From: Clostridia bacterium
Lineage (GTDB): Bacteria > Bacillota > Clostridia > Oscillospirales > CAG-272
Direction: 5' to 3'
Assembly (NCBI GenBank): GCA_017504995.1
Contig: JAFVQC010000028.1
Coordinates: 707-64,706 of the forward strand
Length of the DNA: 64,000 bases
The translations under genes were made by a program, and so were the position numbers. The notes beneath the pieces were generated by a model. The model was not told where the DNA came from. It did not search any database and saw nothing but the letters and a program-made list of their open reading frames with translations. Below, one piece after another: positions 8,520 to 18,440 of this stretch (within the stretch, counting starts at the first letter, position 1; every line of letters begins with the position of its first letter).

Positions 8520-9856
8520 ACTCTCAACTCCTTTCCGTCCTCTGCCGCCTGTCGCGCCATCAGATCCTCTTCGTCAAGAATATGTACGATCACCTCGGTG
8601 ACCCGTCCGTCCACCACGGTCTTTCCCGTGATTTCGAGATTGCCGTACAGAAAGGCTTCGTCCTCCTCGGGCAGGTGTCCCAAGGATTCCAAAATAAAGG
8701 AAAGCATCGGCTTCGAGGCAATGGCTTTCGGAACGGAATCCAATCCCATTCTCTCATACACCTCGGAAACCAGCATATGGGTATTGACCATGTATTTGTT
8801 TCCGCCAAGGGCTTGGAAATTCTGGTCTACGATATCCTCCTCGTCGAAGATCTCGCCCACCAGCTCCTCCAGAATATCCTCGATGGTAACCAGTCCAACG
8901 ACCTTTTTATTGTCGTCCAACACCACTGCCATTTGCAGCTTGTGCTGTCTCATGTCGTTCAACAGCTTATCAATTTTTGCTTTTTCTCGTACCAGATACG
9001 GGGGCTTCATCAAGGACCGCAGCTTCAAATTGGGATTGCGGTTATATTCCGTCAGAAACGCTCTGGTTCGTAAAATACCGACGATACGGTCCGAATTTGC
9101 CGACTTCACGAGAATACGGGAGTGATTCGAGCACCGAATGGCATCGAGGATCTGCTCGGTAGAGTCGTTGACGTGGATAAAATCCATATCCTTTTCCATC
9201 GTCATGATCTCGTCTACCGTAGTCTTGGAAAACTCCAAGGCAGACTTCAGCATATCGCCCTGCTCCTCGTTCACCACGCCTTCCTCCTCCGCCGTGGCAA
9301 TGATCTCGGTCAATTCGTCCTCCGTAATGGACGGCTCGGCTTCCTTCTTGGAAAAGAGCTTGGTCGCGCCCTTGGAGATCAAATTGAAAAACGCCGCAAA
9401 GGGGGCAAGCACCTTCATCAAAAAACGCAAAGAACCTTGAAAAAAGAGCGAGACCGTTTCGCTTCGATCATTGGCAAAGCTCTTGGGGATCATCTCGCTG
9501 AAAAGGAAAATGATCGCCGTACTCATTGCCGAGCAGATAATGGAGAAGGCAAACGAGTCCAAAAACTCCTCGGATTTGTGAAGCCCGTCACGAAAGATTT
9601 CGGTAGCGAGAATGGTAAACACCGCCGCGCCCGCGATCTTCGTCACGTTGTTTCCGATCAAAAGCGTAGTCAGCGCCTTCTCAAACTTATTGAGAATGTA
9701 CATAACGCCCTTTGCTCGCTTGTTACCGTCGTCGGCAAGCGCCTTGATTTTGATCTTATTGACAGCGGAAAAGGAGCTTTCCGTTGCCGCAAAATACGCG
9801 CCTCCGATCACACAAACAAAAAAGATACACCATAAGGGTATACTGTCACTACCCAT
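8516..9856 (-). CDS. HlyC/CorC (CNNM) family transporter, paralog
   Basis: LLIGNNV, FSEMIPK, GLVTIEDILEELVGEIFDE. Confidence 0.9.
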   Translation of the reverse strand: MGSDSIPLWCIFFVCVIGGAYFAATESSFSAVNKIKIKALADDGNKRAKGVMYILNKFEKALTTLLIGNNVTKIAGAAVFTILATEIFRDGLHKSEEFLDSFAFSIICSAMSTAIIFLFSEMIPKSFANDRSETVSLFFQGSLRFLMKVLAPFAAFFNLISKGATKLFSKKEAEPSITEDELTEIIATAEEEGVVNEEQGDMLKSALEFSKTTVDEIMTMEKDMDFIHVNDSTEQILDAIRCSNHSRILVKSANSDRIVGILRTRAFLTEYNRNPNLKLRSLMKPPYLVREKAKIDKLLNDMRQHKLQMAVVLDDNKKVVGLVTIEDILEELVGEIFDEEDIVDQNFQALGGNKYMVNTHMLVSEVYERMGLDSVPKAIASKPMLSFILESLGHLPEEDEAFLYGNLEITGKTVVDGRVTEVIVHILDEEDLMARQAAEDGKELRV

Positions 9857-10105
9857 AAAAAAATTGTCCTTCCTTTCTTTTTTATAATATAAATTTTACA
9901 TAAGTAATATTATATCATTTGTTTTTAGATTTGTCAAGGAAAGAAACGCAAATAATTCATAAAAAGAGAAAAACAAGAGAATTTGCTTTGGAAATTCTCT
10001 GTCATGCGGAAAAATATAGATTATTAATAAATTGGTGTTGCAATCGTCATATTTATGTAGTATAATAATTTAATAAATCATAAACTTATTCTTTACGGAG
10101 GAAGC

Positions 10106-11407
10106 ATGACTTTAGAAAAGGTTCATGTCACCGAACATATTCATCTGTCCGCAATTCAAACGGATAAATTCAAAACGGGCGTACTGACGCTGACTCTCCC
10201 CTTTCCTGCCGACAGAAGGAGCATGGTATTCAACTCGATCCTTCCCGACGTTCTTCGCCGCGGAACCGAACGCTATCCCGATATGGCGAGTCTCAACCGT
10301 CGGCTGGACGAGCTGTACGCATCCTGCGTGGAGCTTCGCCATACCCAGATCGGCAACCATCTTGCCCTGATTTTATCGGCAGAGGTCTTGGACGACGCCT
10401 TCGTCACCGACGGTTGCTCGGTTCTTGACGGCGTAATAGAGGTCATGGCGCAAATGCTGTTGCATCCCCGTATGACCGACGGTTGCTTTGACACCGACAT
10501 CGTGGAGCAGGAAAAACGCTTCAAGCGAGATGCCTTGCGATCGGTGGTCAACAACACCCGCGCCCTCGCCTCGATCCGTCTTTCCGAAATGATGTTTCGG
10601 GAAAACGATACCGTTCCCACCTTGGAGGAACGGGAAAAAGGCTTGGAGGAGGTAAACGGCAAGACGTTAGCGGACTTCTGGCGCAGTCTTCTGGCAAGCG
10701 CCCCCCTGGAGGTCTTTTACGTGGGTTCGTTGTCCACGGCAGAGGTGGCTCAAAAGCTACTCGCCTTTTTCGGCGAATGGCACACAAAGCCGTCCCTTCC
10801 CATCACGCTCCCCACGGCAGAGCCAAGCACGGCGTATCTCTCCAAAACCGAACCCATGCCCGTTTCTCAAGGAAAGCTCGCCATGGGCTTCCGTACGGGT
10901 GTGACCGTCGGAACGGAAAACGACCTCTACTACACCGCCCTCTTACTCAACGAGATCTTCGGCGGCTCTCCCGCCTCCAAGCTGTTCCTGAACGTGCGGG
11001 AACGAATGAGCCTTTGCTATTACTGCTCCTCGTCCTATAATCAGTATAACGGAATCCTTTCGGTCAGCGCGGGCATTGAGAGTTCAAACCGCGATGTCGC
11101 CGAGAAGGCGATCTTGGGGCAATTGGAGGATATTCGCGCGGGAAAGATCAGCGACGTGGAATTTCGCGCGGCAAAGACTTCTTTGGAGAACGCCTATCGA
11201 CAGATCTACGACAATCCCTTTGAGCTGCAAAGCTTTTACGGCAACCGTCAGCTGTTTGGCATCACCGAAACCATAGAGCATTGCCGCCAAAAGCTGAACG
11301 CCGTCACCAAGGATGCCGTCGTTGAGCTTGCCAAGAAGGTAATACACGACACCGTGTTTTTCATTGAAGGCACGAAAAACGGCGCGAAGGAGGACGAAAA
11401 TGAATAA
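10106..11407 (+). CDS. M16 family peptidase, inactive subunit (YmfF-like)
   Basis: TDKFKT, RGTERYP, FGGSPASKLFLNVRERMSLCYY; no HxxEH. Confidence 0.85.
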   Translation: MTLEKVHVTEHIHLSAIQTDKFKTGVLTLTLPFPADRRSMVFNSILPDVLRRGTERYPDMASLNRRLDELYASCVELRHTQIGNHLALILSAEVLDDAFVTDGCSVLDGVIEVMAQMLLHPRMTDGCFDTDIVEQEKRFKRDALRSVVNNTRALASIRLSEMMFRENDTVPTLEEREKGLEEVNGKTLADFWRSLLASAPLEVFYVGSLSTAEVAQKLLAFFGEWHTKPSLPITLPTAEPSTAYLSKTEPMPVSQGKLAMGFRTGVTVGTENDLYYTALLLNEIFGGSPASKLFLNVRERMSLCYYCSSSYNQYNGILSVSAGIESSNRDVAEKAILGQLEDIRAGKISDVEFRAAKTSLENAYRQIYDNPFELQSFYGNRQLFGITETIEHCRQKLNAVTKDAVVELAKKVIHDTVFFIEGTKNGAKEDENE

Positions 11408-12722
11408 ACCCATTCCCTCTGCCGTTTACCGAAGCGACGTCCTTCGGGAGGAATACCGCAAATACCGCCATCCTTCGGGATTGGATATTTATATTTTTCC
11501 CAAGAAAATGACCACGACCTATGCGCTGTTCGGCACGAAATACGGCTCGATCCACAACCGATTCCGCAAGGAGACCGACCCAGACTGGATAACCGTTCCC
11601 GACGGCATCGCCCATTTTCTGGAGCATAAGCTCTTCACCTGCGAGGACGGCAGCGACGCCTTTGAACGGTTTTCCGATTACGGCGCTGACGCCAACGCCT
11701 ACACCTCGTTCAACAAGACCTGCTATCTGTTCAGCTGTACCGATCGGTTTGAGGATTCCCTCGGTGAGCTTTTGGACTTCGTCACCCACCCCTATTTCAC
11801 CCCCGAATCGGTGGCGTCGGAGCTTGGCATCATCGGAGAAGAGATCCGAATGTACGACGACAATCCCTCTGACCGTTGCTTTTACGGCATGTTAGAGGCG
11901 CTCTACGAGCATCACAGCATCCGTAGAAACATTTGCGGCTCGGCGGCATCCATCGCAAAGATCACCGCCGATCTGCTCTACGACTGCTACCGCACCTTTT
12001 ATCAGCTTTCCAATATGGCGCTGGTGGTCTGCGGAGACGTCACCGACGAGACGGTATTGCGGGTTGCCGACAAGTATCTGCCCAAGGAGAGCGAGACTAC
12101 ACCCGTGGTCTGCGCCAACGAAAACGAAGAGGAAAGTCCCTCGGTTTTCCTCTCCTATCGGGAACAGCGTATGCAGGTATCCAAGCCTCTGTTTAATATT
12201 GGATTCAAGGATACGAGAATTCCCAAGGACGGCGTTGCGCGTCAGCGGAAGGATGCCGCCATGGCGATCTTAAACGAAATGCTATTTTCCCGCGCGGGAA
12301 AGCTGTATAACACGCTGATCGAAAAGGACATGATCACCCCTGCCTTCTCCTACGGATATAGCATATCGGAAAGCACGGCTTACAATTCTTTGGCAGGCGA
12401 GGCGGACGATCCGCGGGCAGTTCTTAGAGAAATCCACCGTTATTTGAGGGAAACCGCCGAGACGGGACTTTCCATGGAGGATTTCCTGCGAGGCAAGCGC
12501 GTCATGTACGCTGAATTCGTCAAGTCCTTCGACTCCACCGACAGCATCGCCAACAATCTGTTTTCCTTCATTTGCGAGGACAGCGAGCTGCTCTCCTATG
12601 CGGATATCCTTTCCGAGGTGACCTTTGAGGAGGTCTCGGCGCTGATGGAAACCGCTTTTGAGGAGAATGCCACCTGCCTTTCGGTGATCCTTCCCTTGGC
12701 TAACACCGCCAACCAATCATAA
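11400..12722 (+). CDS. M16 family zinc peptidase (YmfH-like)
   Basis: PDGIAHFLEHKLF, ANAYTSF, GIIGEEIRMYDD. Confidence 0.9.
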   Translation: MNKPIPSAVYRSDVLREEYRKYRHPSGLDIYIFPKKMTTTYALFGTKYGSIHNRFRKETDPDWITVPDGIAHFLEHKLFTCEDGSDAFERFSDYGADANAYTSFNKTCYLFSCTDRFEDSLGELLDFVTHPYFTPESVASELGIIGEEIRMYDDNPSDRCFYGMLEALYEHHSIRRNICGSAASIAKITADLLYDCYRTFYQLSNMALVVCGDVTDETVLRVADKYLPKESETTPVVCANENEEESPSVFLSYREQRMQVSKPLFNIGFKDTRIPKDGVARQRKDAAMAILNEMLFSRAGKLYNTLIEKDMITPAFSYGYSISESTAYNSLAGEADDPRAVLREIHRYLRETAETGLSMEDFLRGKRVMYAEFVKSFDSTDSIANNLFSFICEDSELLSYADILSEVTFEEVSALMETAFEENATCLSVILPLANTANQS

Positions 12723-12737
12723 AAAAAGGAGTATACT

Positions 12738-13805
12738 ATGGTTACCGTTTCTTTTCCCGGTCTTGGAATCGACAACTTCACTCTCAATCCCGTCGCCTTT
12801 ACCCTGCCGATCTTCGGTGGCATCGAGGTTCGTTTTTACGGATTGATCATCACCCTCGGCATCATTCTTGCCTTTACCTATTGCGCCTATCGCGCAAAGC
12901 AAGAGGGGATCATTTTTGACGACCTCTTGGATATCGCCCTATTCACCATTATTTTTGCCGTCATCGGTGCGAGAGCGTATTATGTGCTGACCTCACTGGA
13001 CAAGTACGACAGCTTCGGCGAAATGATCGCCATCTGGAACGGCGGACTTGCCATATACGGCGCGATCATCGCGGGCGCGATCACCATTCTCGTGACCTGC
13101 CGCATCAAAAAGCTTTCCGCGCTGAAAATGCTGGACGCCACCGCCCCCGCCGTTATGATCGGACAAATTCTCGGCAGATGGGGAAACTTTTTCAACGGAG
13201 AAGCCTACGGCTCGGTCGTTCCCGAAAATAGCCCCTTGTATTTCATTCGCATGGGAATTTTCCCCAACGACATTGAGGGCGTTCGGGGCATGGCGTACGT
13301 CCACCCCACCTTCCTCTACGAATCTCTTTGGAATCTCTGCGGCTTCCTTCTGATCCACTTCCTCTATAAAAAGAAAAAATTCGACGGTCAGGTCCTTCTG
13401 ATGTACGTTACGTGGTACGGCTTCGGCAGAATGTTCATTGAGGGCTTGCGCACCGATAGTTTGTACGTCGGCGTATTCCGCATCTCTCAGGTTCTCGGCT
13501 TCCTCTGCTTCGTCGTGGGAGCAATCCTGTTGATCCTGAATCTCGCGAAGGCGCGCCGAGCCGAGCTGACAGCAAAAGACTATGCTCCCGCCTACGGAAA
13601 GATCACGGGTGCTACCGCGGCGTTCCAACAACCCCAAAACGACGAGCCGTCCGAGACAGACGAGGAAGAGACCGTCGACACGCAAGCGGACGAGCAGCAA
13701 GAAAATCCATCGGAAGAAGATCCCTTCGTCTCGGAGGGAGATGATACCGCAAGCCGAAGAATCTTCGATCTCTTTGGAAACAACAATAAAGACGAAACAA
13801 AATAA
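12738..13805 (+). CDS. lgt: Prolipoprotein diacylglyceryl transferase with acidic C-terminal tail
   Basis: GARAYYV, GGLAIYG, GRWGNFFNGEAYG, HPTFLYES, IEGLRTD. Confidence 0.95.
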   Translation: MVTVSFPGLGIDNFTLNPVAFTLPIFGGIEVRFYGLIITLGIILAFTYCAYRAKQEGIIFDDLLDIALFTIIFAVIGARAYYVLTSLDKYDSFGEMIAIWNGGLAIYGAIIAGAITILVTCRIKKLSALKMLDATAPAVMIGQILGRWGNFFNGEAYGSVVPENSPLYFIRMGIFPNDIEGVRGMAYVHPTFLYESLWNLCGFLLIHFLYKKKKFDGQVLLMYVTWYGFGRMFIEGLRTDSLYVGVFRISQVLGFLCFVVGAILLILNLAKARRAELTAKDYAPAYGKITGATAAFQQPQNDEPSETDEEETVDTQADEQQENPSEEDPFVSEGDDTASRRIFDLFGNNNKDETK

Positions 13806-13825
13806 ATAAAAAAGGATAAACAACC

Positions 13826-14677
13826 ATGGCAAACATCATTGACGGAAAACAGATCTCGGCGGCGATCCGTGCGGAGATCAAGGAAGAAACCTTAGCATTT
13901 GAAAAAGAAAACGGCATCCGCCCGGGACTTGCCGTGATCATCGTGGGAGAGGACCCCGCCTCTCAGGTTTACGTAAGAAATAAGCGCCGCGCTTGCGACG
14001 AGGTAGGCTTCTATTCCGAAGCCTACGAGCTTCCCGCAAGCACCACGCAAGAGGAGCTGAACGCCCTTGTGGACAAGCTCAACGCAGACCCTGCCATTCA
14101 CGGCATTCTCTGCCAGCTTCCCCTACCCAAGCATTTGGATGAAAACGAGGTCATCTTGCGGATCGATCCCAAAAAGGACGTGGACGCCTTCCATCCGGCA
14201 AACGTGGGACGGATCATGATCGGAGATTATTCCTTTCTTCCCTGCACCCCCGCAGGCGTGATGGCGCTGCTTCAAAGAAGCGGCATTGACGTGACGGGTA
14301 AGGAATGTGTGGTGGTCGGTCGCTCCAATATCGTAGGCAAGCCGCAGGCTATGCTCCTGCTTCACGCAAACGGCACGGTGACCATCTGTCACAGCCGCAC
14401 CAAAAACCTCGCGGAGGTCTGCCGCCGCGCCGATATTCTGATTGCCGCCATCGGGAAAGCGGACTTCTTCACCGCCGATATGGTCAAAGAGGGCGCGGTC
14501 GTCATTGACGTGGGTATGAACCGCCGCGCAGACGGCAAGCTCACGGGTGACGTGGATTTCGCGTCGGTTGCCCCCAAGGCTTCCTACATCACCCCCGTCC
14601 CAGGCGGTGTCGGACCCATGACCATCACCATGCTCATGAAAAATACCTTAACCGCCGCAAAGGATTCGGTTCGATAA
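13826..14677 (+). CDS. folD: Methylenetetrahydrofolate dehydrogenase/cyclohydrolase
   Basis: [42 protein letters not shown]. Confidence 0.97.
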   Translation: MANIIDGKQISAAIRAEIKEETLAFEKENGIRPGLAVIIVGEDPASQVYVRNKRRACDEVGFYSEAYELPASTTQEELNALVDKLNADPAIHGILCQLPLPKHLDENEVILRIDPKKDVDAFHPANVGRIMIGDYSFLPCTPAGVMALLQRSGIDVTGKECVVVGRSNIVGKPQAMLLLHANGTVTICHSRTKNLAEVCRRADILIAAIGKADFFTADMVKEGAVVIDVGMNRRADGKLTGDVDFASVAPKASYITPVPGGVGPMTITMLMKNTLTAAKDSVR

Positions 14678-14724
14678 CAAAAAAACAGCCGTAAAAATCA
14701 CGGCTTCTCATAAAAAAATTAATA

Positions 14725-14752
14725 CCCCGACAGATATGAAAATCTGTCGGGG
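14725..14752 (-). terminator. Hairpin/terminator after the DUF3795 gene
   Basis: ccccgacagat-atgaaa-atctgtcgggg, T-rich tail on the minus strand. Confidence 0.65.
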
Positions 14753-14761
14753 CGTTAATTT

Positions 14762-15004
14762 TTACAGCTTTTTTAAGTTATCAATTCTTTCAGGGTTCTC
14801 GGACGATGCCCATTCTTTCAACATATCGCAAGGAAATTGTGAGCATTTTCCACAATGGTCTTGTTTCTTTTGAGAATTACACTTATACAAATCGCATTCA
14901 CCCCAAAATACTTTTCCATCAATAGTTTTGCAACCCTTGCAATTTTGTTCCGTTTTGAATTTGCAAGTGTCACAATCAATTCCACAAATACTATAGTTTG
15001 CCAT
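14762..15004 (-). CDS. Small Cys-rich DUF3795-like protein
   Basis: CGIDCDTC...CKGC...C..YKC......HCGKCSQFPC pattern. Confidence 0.8.
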   Translation of the reverse strand: MANYSICGIDCDTCKFKTEQNCKGCKTIDGKVFWGECDLYKCNSQKKQDHCGKCSQFPCDMLKEWASSENPERIDNLKKL

Positions 15005-15097
15005 ATTACACTTTCCCCCACAGATTTTTATTTGTCGTTCTGTTTTGTCACAAGCTTCGAATTTTTATTACAAATACACGACACTTAGTCCAATCAC

Positions 15098-15658
15098 CTA
15101 TTTTTCTATATTCAAACGATTATAGTACCACCGCTTGGGATTCTCATAAATGTATTTTCTACGGGTTTCATAATCCTCTCTGTCACGAACGATATGCTCG
15201 GCAAACGAGCGTTGGAACATTTTCTCTACCCCATATTGTTGCTTACAACTACGCGACGTCAACGATTTAAACGCGCAGATTACATCATCCAAGGTAGGGG
15301 AGGGGCTTGCTCCTCCCGCCTTTTCGTGCAAGAATATAATTACATGAATATGGTCAGGCATAATGACATATTCCTCAATCGTAACACTTGGAAAACGGGT
15401 TTCAATCAACCGTAATTGTTCTTTTACGATCTCACCGCAGGGTTTTAATTTAACCGTAATTTCGGGAGGAGCAAGCCCCTCCCCTACCGCGGGATAGGTT
15501 GTTTTGCCAGTAGCCGTGAGATCTGCTTTAACTATTTCGGATAAAATATGCATTCTGTCCCGTATGCATATCGTAACAAAGTATGCGCCCGCTGAGCTGT
15601 AATCATAATTCTTTAATCTTGTTGATTTTCTTTTCGGCAAATCATTTTCTTTATCCAT
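15098..15658 (-). CDS. REP-associated tyrosine transposase (RAYT, Y1/HUH) 2
   Basis: RKSTRLKNYDYSSAGAYFVTIC, MPDHIH, FKSLTS, FQRSFAEHIVR, YIYENP. Confidence 0.9.
   Translation of the reverse strand: MDKENDLPKRKSTRLKNYDYSSAGAYFVTICIRDRMHILSEIVKADLTATGKTTYPAVGEGLAPPEITVKLKPCGEIVKEQLRLIETRFPSVTIEEYVIMPDHIHVIIFLHEKAGGASPSPTLDDVICAFKSLTSRSCKQQYGVEKMFQRSFAEHIVRDREDYETRRKYIYENPKRWYYNRLNIEK
15293..15488. repeat. Inverted pair of GTAG-type REPs inside RAYT 2
   Basis: ggtaggggaggggcttgctcctcccg (15293-15318) is the exact reverse complement of 15463-15488. Confidence 0.9.
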
Positions 15659-15762
15659 TTTCATCACCCATATCATTATAACACAAAATCGGCAGAAAGA
15701 AAAGTCCTTCTGCCGAAATTTGCAACCATCCTTACGAGAAGCCGCCTTTTGCACGGCTATTT

Positions 15763-16206
15763 TTAGTCGCCTTTCAATTGCTTCAGCTCCGCAAGGAAGG
15801 TTTCGATATCCTTGAACTCACGGTAAACCGAGGCGAAGCGAACGTACGCCACCTCGTCTCTTGCCTTCAGGTGATCCATCACCATCTCACCGATCTGGGT
15901 GGTGGTGACCTCGTTGGTCAAGGAGTTTTGCAATTCATTCTCGATCTCGCTGACGATCTCCTCCGCATTGACGGGGCGCTTCTGACAAGCCTTCAACAAA
16001 CCCGAAAGCAGCTTCGTGCGGTCAAACAGCTCCTTCGAGCCGTCTTTTTTCAGAACGATGATCTGAACGGTCTCCAGCACCTCAAAGGTGGTAAACCGCT
16101 TTTGGCAAGCCAAGCACTCTCTGCGGCGGCGAATGCTGTTCCCTTCCTCCACGGGACGGGAATCGATCACCTTACTATCTCCAAAACCGCATGCGGGACA
16201 TTTCAT
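15763..16206 (-). CDS. nrdR: Transcriptional repressor NrdR
   Basis: [15 protein letters not shown]...[26 protein letters not shown]. Confidence 0.97.
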   Translation of the reverse strand: MKCPACGFGDSKVIDSRPVEEGNSIRRRRECLACQKRFTTFEVLETVQIIVLKKDGSKELFDRTKLLSGLLKACQKRPVNAEEIVSEIENELQNSLTNEVTTTQIGEMVMDHLKARDEVAYVRFASVYREFKDIETFLAELKQLKGD

Positions 16207-16409
16207 ATCTTTTCCTCCGATAAACGTAGCCTTATTTTGTATCCATTGATCTCTTATATTATAACATAAAACCATCGATAAGTAAAGTGTTTTCAGGGAA
16301 ATCTTTCCTTTGTATGCCAATATTTCTTTTCCTTCCGTCGATCCACTATTGACGGCACGGCACAAATGCGATAAAATAAAGACAAAAAGAAAATCAGGAG
16401 GAGATACGC

Positions 16410-16658
16410 ATGAAAAAACGACAACAAAAAAGCCAATATTCCGTCAGTATCCCTTCCCGCCTTTGTCTCGTCTTTGGACTGTTCGCGATCCTCTGCCAGC
16501 TCTGCTTTCTGTATCTGTGGATATCGATCGAGTCTCCCACTGTGTCTGCCGACGTCCTCGCCCATACCTTCGCGCCACTTTTGGAATATCCCCTCATGAG
16601 CCTCACACTCCTGCTCGGCGGTACATTATTGATTGAATACATACTGCGAAAGCTGTAA
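16410..16658 (+). CDS. Small hypothetical two-TM membrane protein
   Basis: AGGAGG RBS, two hydrophobic segments, followed by a terminator. Confidence 0.65.
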   Translation: MKKRQQKSQYSVSIPSRLCLVFGLFAILCQLCFLYLWISIESPTVSADVLAHTFAPLLEYPLMSLTLLLGGTLLIEYILRKL

Positions 16659-16666
16659 AAAGCATA

Positions 16667-16700
16667 AATCCCCTGACAAACACCCTGTCAGGGGATTCTT
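16667..16700. terminator. Terminator between convergent genes
   Basis: aatcccctgaca...tgtcaggggatt. Confidence 0.7.
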
Positions 16701-16714
16701 TGCAATATGAGCAA

Positions 16715-17374
16715 TTATTTTTCGATTTCCTTTGCAATCACCCTCGCGTCAAGGCGGTATCCCTTGCCGCGCTCGGCTTTGATCAAACGGATACCGAAGG
16801 GTTCTTCCAGCTTCCGACGAAGATGGCAAATATACACCTCCGTGAGATTTCCCTCGCCGTTGCTAAGCTCCTCATTGAGACGTTCACGGGGAACAATCGC
16901 CCCCGCCCCTTTTCCAAGACAGAGCAACAACGCCCATTCCTTTGGGGTCAATCGAATCTTGCGATTGCGATAGATCAGCAAACGGTCTTTCTCGGAAAGC
17001 AATCGAATCGTCGGGATTTGCTCCTGTCGATACAATACCGTCTCGGCTTTGGGGCATTCTTCCGTCACGCCACTCTCATACAGCCGACGCACCTTCCGCA
17101 CCGATACGGGCCAAAGCCAACAAGGCTTTGGCGACAAGGCGAGAGCCTCCTCCTCCGAATCGCAAACGATCACCACTCTGCGATCCTTCTGCTCGAAAAG
17201 CGAGTCCGCCGCCTCACGATCCGCGACGATCCAGTCAAATGCCGTCAGATCCTGCGGCAGAGATGAAAAGACCTCCACGGGACAATCGCACGCCTCGGCT
17301 TCCCACGCAAAAAAATTCCGAAAGGCGTCTCGGCTTGATACGACGGCTATTCTGTTTTTCGACTGCTTCGTCAT
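16715..17374 (-). CDS. OmpR-type winged-helix regulator with degenerate receiver-like domain
   Basis: LTPKEWALL...VYICHLRRKLE...RGKGYRL. Confidence 0.8.
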   Translation of the reverse strand: MTKQSKNRIAVVSSRDAFRNFFAWEAEACDCPVEVFSSLPQDLTAFDWIVADREAADSLFEQKDRRVVIVCDSEEEALALSPKPCWLWPVSVRKVRRLYESGVTEECPKAETVLYRQEQIPTIRLLSEKDRLLIYRNRKIRLTPKEWALLLCLGKGAGAIVPRERLNEELSNGEGNLTEVYICHLRRKLEEPFGIRLIKAERGKGYRLDARVIAKEIEK

Positions 17375-17392
17375 ATGCTTCTCCTCCGCGCG

Positions 17393-18418
17393 CTATCCTT
17401 CGTTTCTTTGCGCCAAGTCCGACAAAATCGTCCGAATTTCCTCTGCCGATTGGGCGTTCATAATAGCAGAGCGAGCCGCCGCCGCGCCGTGTACGCCTGC
17501 GACGTACCACGCCATGTGCTTTTTCGCCTCTGCCAAGCCCACGCGCGCTCCTTTATGAGCAATCATACCGTCCAGATGTCTTTTGGCGGTTTCCATTCGT
17601 TCGGGTAAGGCTGGCGCTTCGTAAGAGTTTCCTTCCAACGCCGCTGCGATCTGACGGAAGATCCACGGATTTCCCATCGCGCCCCGTCCGATCATCACAC
17701 CGTCACAGCCCGTTTCCCTCATCATGCGGATCGCGGATTCCGCCGAGTTCACGTCTCCGTTACCGATCACGGGAATCCCAACCGCCCGCTTTACCGCCTC
17801 GATCACGCCGAGATCGATCCCGGGCGCATACAACTGTTCTCTCGTTCTCGCGTGCACACAGACAAGACTTGCCCCCGCCTGCTCCGCGATCTTCGCTACC
17901 TCGGGGGCATTGACGGACGAAGCGTCCCAGCCCGCGCGGATCTTCACCGTAACGGGAAGGCTCGTCGCCCTCACTACCTCGGAAACGATCTGCCCGATCA
18001 GCTTCGGATTTTTCATCAAAGCGCTGCCTTCGCCGTTTCCCGTCACCTTTCGGACGGGACAACCCATGTTGATGTCAATGGCAACAGGGGGCACAGCAGA
18101 GGTACAGCCACGATATTCCCCGCTTTGAAGAAGCCGCGCCGCCTCTGCCATAAAGGAAGGCTCTCTACCGAAGATCTGCACCGCCATGGGCGCTTCCCCT
18201 TCGGTAATTGCCGCCAAGGGGGCAGTCCCCAAGGTTGCGGATTCCTTGCGTTTTCCCTTTTGCTCATAGCAAAGCGCCTTTGCCGATACCATCTCGCTGA
18301 CCAGATATTCCGCCCCCCATTCCCTGCAAAGCAGACGGAAGGTGCGGTCACTCACCCCTGCCATGGGCGCTAAAAACAATCCGTGCCGAAGATCAGCTGT
18401 TCCGATTTTGATACTCAT
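17393..18418 (-). CDS. dusB: tRNA-dihydrouridine synthase
   Basis: LAPMAGVSD, DINMGCP, PVTVKIR, HARTREQ, GNGDV, MIGRGAMGNPW. Confidence 0.93.
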   Translation of the reverse strand: MSIKIGTADLRHGLFLAPMAGVSDRTFRLLCREWGAEYLVSEMVSAKALCYEQKGKRKESATLGTAPLAAITEGEAPMAVQIFGREPSFMAEAARLLQSGEYRGCTSAVPPVAIDINMGCPVRKVTGNGEGSALMKNPKLIGQIVSEVVRATSLPVTVKIRAGWDASSVNAPEVAKIAEQAGASLVCVHARTREQLYAPGIDLGVIEAVKRAVGIPVIGNGDVNSAESAIRMMRETGCDGVMIGRGAMGNPWIFRQIAAALEGNSYEAPALPERMETAKRHLDGMIAHKGARVGLAEAKKHMAWYVAGVHGAAAARSAIMNAQSAEEIRTILSDLAQRNEG

Positions 18419-18440
18419 TGATTCTCCTTTTCGGGCAGCT

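Larger units (their letters stand above)
14682..15762. mobile_element. AT-rich insertion (RAYT 2 + DUF3795 cargo) between convergent folD and nrdR
   Basis: Visibly lower GC than flanks; quasi-inverted ends aaaaacagccgt..cggcttctcataa / aaaaatagccgt..cggcttctcgtaa. Confidence 0.6.

Noticed and set aside
14703-14730. Reading cttctcataa plus 6 nt as a Xer/dif-like site
   Set aside because: Only one arm resembles dif; there is no TTATG-type second arm in any of the three copies.
15141-15149. Additional ttctcataa inside RAYT 2
   Set aside because: Explained by the codons of the conserved YEN motif.
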